NCBI GenBank assembly: GCA_963674945.2
Contig: CAXXWQ010000003.1
Span: 928,001 to 992,000 of the forward strand
Length of the DNA: 64,000 nucleotides
Source of the DNA: an uncultured Desulfosarcina sp.
Lineage (GTDB): Bacteria > Desulfobacterota > Desulfobacteria > Desulfobacterales > Desulfosarcinaceae
Direction: 5' to 3'
The translations under genes and the position numbers were made by a program. Below the pieces are notes generated by a model, which had not been told where the DNA came from, made no database searches, and saw only the letters and a program-made list of their open reading frames with translations. Positions within the stretch are counted from its first letter, which is position 1. Every line of letters starts with the position of its first letter. Positions 58,444-64,000 of the stretch are shown piece after piece.

Positions 58444-58804
58444 TTGACCGGAAGATTATCTTCAGATTCCTTGCAGAATCATGGCCGATACCGAGCCCGA
58501 TCACCGGCAGCGCGAGTGGTTTTTTCCACACGGCCGGCTGGCATCGGACCTCTTGGCATTCGTGACGCGGTTGCGGATCTCCACAGCCCCCATTTTTATA
58601 TTTTTTGATATATAATTTGATTTATTTTGCGCTAAATATTAAGATAAAGTTTAAATTTATCATATTTTGACGGTTTTTTTGAAATCAGTTTCTATTTCCT
58701 GTGAAGTGATGATGATTCTGAAAAGCAAGATTTGAAAGACCAGGAACATATACATAAATTTATCGATTTTCATGCTGCTTGACCCAAATGAAAAAGGGAC
58801 ATGA

Positions 58805-59734
58805 ATGCCACTCGATACGCTTGACCAGACGCTCATCAAATTACTTAAAGTCGATGCCAGACAGCCGATTCAAACGCTTGCGAACAAGTTGGGAATAAAA
58901 AGCGCAACCGTCCGCTATCGTCTAAATCGGCTGATCGATGAGGGGATTATAAAGATCGCCTGCGTAACCAACTCCCAGGTTCTGGGGTATCGTTCTCTAG
59001 TCGTGATTGGCATCAATGTTTCACCAGGCAAGGCAGAAGCCGTCGCCAGCCAACTGGCACCGATGAGGGATGTTCGATCCGTATTTCTGACTGCTGGCCG
59101 GTTTAGCATCTTGGCATGGATTCTTTTTCGGGATCAGTCGGACCTGGGAGATTTTGTTTCGGAGGATTTGCCAGGCATATCCGACATCACGGATGTCGAA
59201 ATTATGAACTCTTATCGTTGGACGCAGTATTCCTGGAGTTTTTCCGCGTGTCAAAAAGAATACACCCAAAATGACCTTACCAGACTGGAACTGTCCATTA
59301 TCAGTGCGATGCGAGAGGCTCCCAGACAAAGCATCACCAAGCTTGCCCAAACCGTTGGGTGCAGCAGGGCGGTAGCAAAAGCAACGTTAGAAAAATTAAT
59401 TAAGGATGGAATCGTCAAGTTCAACGCGTTTCTAGACCCAACGAATATCGGTTACGATACGGGGGTAGCCATCTTCATCAAGTCCCAACCAGACAAAATC
59501 GACGCTGTCGCCAAAAAATTGTCCGCAGAAAATACAGAAACGCACGTGAACCTGATTTCCGGTCAATGGCATATCTATTTCAGAGGTCATTTTCGAAGTA
59601 GTAATCACCTGCAGAGCTTCTTGGTAGATACATTGGCAAACATACCGGGCGTCATCGCCTTTGATGTTGTCCATCTGATAAAAACGCTGAAATACTCCGT
59701 GAAATACTTCTTTAGCCCCCTTGATCTGGCCTAG
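58805..59734 (+). CDS. Tandem Lrp/AsnC regulator, divergent from GRE 1
   Basis: LDTLDQTLIKLLKVDARQ...; second HTH LELSIISAMREAPRQ. Confidence 0.88.
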   Translation: MPLDTLDQTLIKLLKVDARQPIQTLANKLGIKSATVRYRLNRLIDEGIIKIACVTNSQVLGYRSLVVIGINVSPGKAEAVASQLAPMRDVRSVFLTAGRFSILAWILFRDQSDLGDFVSEDLPGISDITDVEIMNSYRWTQYSWSFSACQKEYTQNDLTRLELSIISAMREAPRQSITKLAQTVGCSRAVAKATLEKLIKDGIVKFNAFLDPTNIGYDTGVAIFIKSQPDKIDAVAKKLSAENTETHVNLISGQWHIYFRGHFRSSNHLQSFLVDTLANIPGVIAFDVVHLIKTLKYSVKYFFSPLDLA

Positions 59735-59928
59735 GATCGATTCAGAAATCGGAACACTTGCTATAGATCTTTCGCCTAAGATCGAATGGGACAGGCAGGA
59801 AAACGAAAAATTTTTCCGTATGCACCCCAAGTAAATTTTCCTGGGGTACATACGATTGTTGAAATGTAGAGGAACTCATTTTGCCCGGCAAAGATACCGG
59901 ACGAGATGGCAATTTTTAGATGGGTAAT
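59732..59928. repeat. Degenerate second copy of the MITE-like element
   Basis: TAGGATCGATTCAGAAATCGG ... CGAAAAATTTTTCCG ... ATTTTTAGATGGGTAA. Confidence 0.4.
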
Positions 59929-59995
59929 GATGTTTATGAATATATTATGATTACTACCCTACTCTTGAATGAGAACCAGGATCAACAGGTAATCA

Positions 59996-60322
59996 TTACT
60001 TCCCTGCAGCCATTTTCTCCAAAAGAGCCTTTTTACAAACGGCTTCCGCCGGCTTGTAACTCCCCGCCCCGAATTCCCACCAGGTGCCGACATCTGTGAA
60101 TCCCAATTCCGCCGCTTTGTTGATTACGGCCTCGGCAGCACCGGTATCCTCGGAATAGGGCGTCAACTCGCTCCAGATGCTGTCTCCAGACGGATCGAGG
60201 AATCGTTCCGTATCGCCGATGATCTCATCGGCGGCAACCTCGTGACCCATCAGTTCTTTGGCCACCATCATGTTCAGTTCTCTTCCGGGCTTCATTTCGA
60301 GTATTTGGTTTTCTGTCATCAT
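59996..60322 (-). CDS. Hypothetical protein
   Basis: 108-aa ORF with upstream GGAGG; MKPGRELNMMVA...PYSED. Confidence 0.65.
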   Translation of the reverse strand: MMTENQILEMKPGRELNMMVAKELMGHEVAADEIIGDTERFLDPSGDSIWSELTPYSEDTGAAEAVINKAAELGFTDVGTWWEFGAGSYKPAEAVCKKALLEKMAAGK

Positions 60323-60456
60323 TTTCTATCCATGCCTCCATGGTAACCGATTTTTTTATCCATCATCTCTTTCGAAGCCCCCCAGTCATCTGACCGGGAG
60401 GCTTTTGGCTGTCTTTTCGTTAGAACGGTAGCATGAAAGAGTATTCAACCCCTTGC

Positions 60457-62973
60457 CTACATGGCATGTTCCGTGCGGGTGATGATCTCGTCCCGGACTT
60501 CCGGCGTGAGTTCGGTCCAGTAGGCACTGTAACCTGCAACCCTGACGACAAGGTCTTGATAGTTTTCCGGATGCGCCTTGGCATCCAGCAGGGTCGCCGT
60601 GTTCAGGATATTCACCTGGACCTGGGAACCGCCCTTGGCAAAGTAGGTGTTCAGCAGGGCTGCAAATTTCTGTTTGCCCTCTTTGGAACCGAGTACGCCG
60701 GCGGAGAACTTCATGTTGAGCAGCGTACTCTGCATGCCCATGGTGTCGCATTTGGATGCAGAATTCAAAACGGCCGTCGGTCCGCTCTTGTCGTAACCCC
60801 GGACGGGAGACAGGGAACCGTCCGCCAATGGCTCACCAAGCTTCTTGCCGTTGGGCAGGGCGCCCGTCGACGCGGCCACCCACTGGGCCCACGCAGCGCC
60901 CTGTCGGAAGAGTACGGGGGCACGATCGTGCTCATCCCGATACTCCAGCGCCCGGTCCCGGGTCCAGGTCCAAAGGTGGGCCATCATTTCATCGGGCTCT
61001 TCCAGGTCGTTGCCGTATTTGGGATAGTCCATCAGCTTTTTGCGCAGTTCTTCATAGCCTTCGAAGTTGGCTTCCAATGCTTTCAAAAGTTCGTCCATGG
61101 TGCAGATCTTCTCTTCGAATACCGCATACTTGATCGCCATCAGACTATCGGCCGTATCCGAAAGGGCACGATCCACGAAATGCCCGCCTTCGATCTCCTT
61201 GCAATACCGGGTGCCGCCGCGACTCAGATCCTTGCCCCTTTCAATGCACCCGTCTATCCATGCAGAAGCGAACGGCATATAGGCCATCAACTGATCGAAA
61301 TGGGGCTCCATCGCCGCGTACAGATTCATGTGAAAATCATAGTTGAACATGACCTGCTCTTTGTATGCCGCCACAACATCCTCGAAGGTCGCAAATTCCC
61401 GCGGATCTCCGGTGTCGGGCCCCAGTTTCATCTTGGAATCCGGATCCACCCCGCAGTTCAGCGCCATCTGAAGCAGTTTGGCGTGATGCACGAATCCGGG
61501 GCCGGGTCCGTGACCCCAGGCCCAGGCCTTGCCGATGGCGGTATTCACACAGCCGGCCATGGACCAATCCCGGGCTTCTTCATGGGGTACGCCACGGCTC
61601 ATCAGCCACTCGATATTGTTGCGGTCATTGAACCAGGCCGGAATGCCCGCGCCGTGGTTCTTGTTGCACTCGATGCACGCATCCAGAAACTCCGGCTTCA
61701 TGGCGTGATGATAACGGATCGAGATATGCGGCTGATGGGTCTTGAGCTGCCCGCCCACATGCAGCACCAGGCAGCCGAACTCATTGGAGTTGTCCCTTCC
61801 CCTTCGGTCGATTCCGCCGAGGGTGACATTGACGATGTAGTTGGCCTGGGCCACCGCCTGATGGTCGCGCCTGCCGGCAAGCCCCTGGAACAGAAAGGGC
61901 TCCAGCGAATCCCAGAACACATAGATATTGCCCATCAGTTCCGCCGCTTCCTGGCGGGTCATGCGGCCTTCGTTGATGTCTTTCATGTAAAACGGAAACA
62001 GGTACTGATCGAACCTGGCAGCATAATGGTTGGATATGGCCTTTTCCATGTCATGGGCCACGGGGATGAACCAGTAGGCCTGCAGGGCCTCGCGGAATGT
62101 GCGCGGCGGATTGGTGGCGATCCATTCGCAGACATCACCGATCTCTTTCAGTTCCTTCTTCCTTGTTGCGTTCTTTTCCTTGGCCGCCATCTCCCGGGCC
62201 ACTTCGGCATGGCGCTGGATAAAGCGAATGAACCCTTTCTGGGCGATGATCATCGCTTCGAGCATCTTGATCTTGTCATTGTCCTTGGCCGTGGTCTTCA
62301 TCCCCTTTTTCCGGATTTCGCCGATTCGATCTTCGATCTCGGCGATGATGCCGGGCACACCGATGCGAAGGTACTTGTCGAAATCGCAACCCAGCACCAG
62401 CGGGCTGACCTCCCCGACGGGCTGTACGCCGCCCATGTTGACCTTGGACGCACCGAACTTGTTTCTCAGCCCGTCGCCAAAGGCCATGCCGATTTCATGG
62501 GCCTTTCTGTTGAGCCCCATCTTGGCCCAGTATTCGGCTGCCTTCTTGATATCCTCCAGGGCCTCATCGGTGAGCCCGGCGTCCTGGGATTCGCTGCCGG
62601 CACTGGCCATCTTTTCCCGGTGTTGAATGATCATCAGGGTCTGTTCCGGCGCCGAACTGTGATTGGCGTATGCACCCCGGTTGTAGGGCGTTGGTTTGCC
62701 CACGATCAGTTCGTTGTCACGGATGACGATGGGCACCTTTTCAAAGAGGTTGGCCTCGGCCTTGGCCCGCCGGATGGCCGGATGCTTGCCCTCGGTCTCC
62801 AGGTAGGATTCGAGATGATACTTGGCCCTTTCACCGGCGATGTGAACGCCATCTTCCCTCACCCTGTTCTTGAGCGCCTGAATCCGCTCTGTGAGACCGT
62901 TGGTCTTGTACACCGCATCCAGATTAATCGTATTCGGACCAACCTTTGGTTCATTCGTTTTCGCAGTCGCCAT
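60457..62973 (-). CDS. Glycyl-radical enzyme, paralog 2
   Basis: Colinear with paralog 1; MAGCVN; RVAGYS; GGGAGG RBS before MATAK. Confidence 0.95.
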   Translation of the reverse strand: MATAKTNEPKVGPNTINLDAVYKTNGLTERIQALKNRVREDGVHIAGERAKYHLESYLETEGKHPAIRRAKAEANLFEKVPIVIRDNELIVGKPTPYNRGAYANHSSAPEQTLMIIQHREKMASAGSESQDAGLTDEALEDIKKAAEYWAKMGLNRKAHEIGMAFGDGLRNKFGASKVNMGGVQPVGEVSPLVLGCDFDKYLRIGVPGIIAEIEDRIGEIRKKGMKTTAKDNDKIKMLEAMIIAQKGFIRFIQRHAEVAREMAAKEKNATRKKELKEIGDVCEWIATNPPRTFREALQAYWFIPVAHDMEKAISNHYAARFDQYLFPFYMKDINEGRMTRQEAAELMGNIYVFWDSLEPFLFQGLAGRRDHQAVAQANYIVNVTLGGIDRRGRDNSNEFGCLVLHVGGQLKTHQPHISIRYHHAMKPEFLDACIECNKNHGAGIPAWFNDRNNIEWLMSRGVPHEEARDWSMAGCVNTAIGKAWAWGHGPGPGFVHHAKLLQMALNCGVDPDSKMKLGPDTGDPREFATFEDVVAAYKEQVMFNYDFHMNLYAAMEPHFDQLMAYMPFASAWIDGCIERGKDLSRGGTRYCKEIEGGHFVDRALSDTADSLMAIKYAVFEEKICTMDELLKALEANFEGYEELRKKLMDYPKYGNDLEEPDEMMAHLWTWTRDRALEYRDEHDRAPVLFRQGAAWAQWVAASTGALPNGKKLGEPLADGSLSPVRGYDKSGPTAVLNSASKCDTMGMQSTLLNMKFSAGVLGSKEGKQKFAALLNTYFAKGGSQVQVNILNTATLLDAKAHPENYQDLVVRVAGYSAYWTELTPEVRDEIITRTEHAM

Positions 62974-63025
62974 TTCTTTCCTCCCATTGTTGTGTTTTTT
63001 TGAACATCGCCTGAGTTCTGGGGTA

Positions 63026-63054
63026 ACAATATCCATCGTATTTCAATATGTCAA
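63026..63054 (-). promoter_or_regulatory. Sigma70 promoter of GRE paralog 2
   Basis: Minus strand TTGACA-N17-TATTGT; shares TTATTTATTGACA with the GRE 1 promoter. Confidence 0.55.
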
Positions 63055-63271
63055 TAAATAACTTTTAATTTTTTAATTTTGACATCTTTACTTAATCATT
63101 ATCTCTTTTCTTTAATCAATGTTGCCAATTATATCATTTTTTGATTTTTGCAACTTATCTGCCTTTCCATGAGATCGTATTTTTCAAAGATTACAATTTG
63201 ACATTTTGGTCAATTATACGTAAGTTCTCGTTTTTTTATGGTGATTGATCCAAATCAAGAAAAGGAAATGC

Positions 63272-64000
63272 ATGGCACTCGATAACTTCGACCATCTGCT
63301 CATCAAACGAATCAAAGCGGATGCCAGACAGCCGATTCAGACACTTGCCAACAAATTGGGGCTTAAAAGCGCAACGGTCCGTTACCGCCTAAATCGACTG
63401 ATCGATGATGGTATCTTGAAAATAGCCTGCGTTACCAACTCCGAAGTTTTGGGATATCGTTCTCTTGTTGTGATAGGAATCAAGGTTTTTCCAGGGAAGG
63501 CCGAAGCCGTAGCCAACCAACTGGCGCCGCTGCCGGAGGTTCGATCGGTCTTTGTGACCGCAGGCCGCTTTAACATTCTGGCGTGGATGCTGTTTCGGAA
63601 CCAATCGGACTTGGGAAACTTTGTTTCGGAGGATTTGCCGGGCATTGCCGACATTACGGATGTGGAAATTATGAACTCCTATCGATGGGAACCGTATTCA
63701 TGGAGTTTTTCCGAGTCCAAAAAGGAATTCACGCAAAGCGATCTTAGCAAACTGGAATTGTCAGTGGTCAGGGCGATGCGGGAGGCTCCCAGACAAAGCA
63801 TCACCAAACTGGCCCAAACCGTTGGCTGTAGCAGGGCTGTGGCAAAAGCCACACTGGAAAAGCTCACCAATGATGGAATCGTCAAGTTCAACGCCTTTGT
63901 CGATCCCACCAGCATTGGATACGATACCGGTGTTGCCATCTTCATCAAGGCGCAACCAGACAAAATCGACGCCGTTGCCAAAAAGTTGTCCAAAGAAAAT
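63272..64000 (+). CDS. Tandem Lrp/AsnC regulator, paralog of 58805-59734; 3' truncated by window edge
   Basis: Read manually: MALDNFDHLLIKRIKADARQPIQTLANKLG... Confidence 0.88.
   Translation, partial: MALDNFDHLLIKRIKADARQPIQTLANKLGLKSATVRYRLNRLIDDGILKIACVTNSEVLGYRSLVVIGIKVFPGKAEAVANQLAPLPEVRSVFVTAGRFNILAWMLFRNQSDLGNFVSEDLPGIADITDVEIMNSYRWEPYSWSFSESKKEFTQSDLSKLELSVVRAMREAPRQSITKLAQTVGCSRAVAKATLEKLTNDGIVKFNAFVDPTSIGYDTGVAIFIKAQPDKIDAVAKKLSKEN

Noticed and set aside
55062..62973. Calling the GREs PFL, BssA/AssA or CutC
   Set aside because: No CC pair, no small fumarate-adding subunits, no microcompartment genes, and the Cys loop is GCVN.
55581..63003. Long + strand ORFs (663 aa and 856 aa) opposite the two GRE genes
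   Set aside because: Antisense shadows expected from GC-rich codon bias; no motifs, and the opposite strand has clear GRE signatures.

Overview
The window has two parts. Bases 1-35862 are the right arm of a large integrated temperate phage, with all genes on the + strand. It carries a lytic-phage-style replication and recombination set: NAD-dependent ligase, GyrB with two inteins, a CobS/CobT-like pair, DnaE with a C-terminal UDG-like domain, UvsY-like, gp32-like SSB, 5'-3' exonuclease, RecA/UvsX, SbcCD/gp46-47, a resolvase, a sigma factor, ThyA and NrdJ. It ends in excisionase, tyrosine integrase and a tRNA-Leu(GAG) 3' fragment (att site). Hidden structure in the prophage includes a Cas-less two-repeat/one-spacer CRISPR-like mini-array (517-625), a 12-bp palindrome found at 13 gene-boundary sites, a second promoter-like motif, and an IS that splits a reconstructable 91-aa gene. 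Bases 35863-64000 are host chromosome; gene content suggests an anaerobe, probably Desulfobacterota (inference). This part has a second tRNA-Leu scar and a catabolic island: corrinoid methyltransferase system, orphan GcvH, DUF1302/DUF1329, two paralogous glycyl-radical enzymes with an atypical GCVN cysteine loop, an activase, and three double-Lrp regulators. All calls come from motifs read by eye; no database searches were run.
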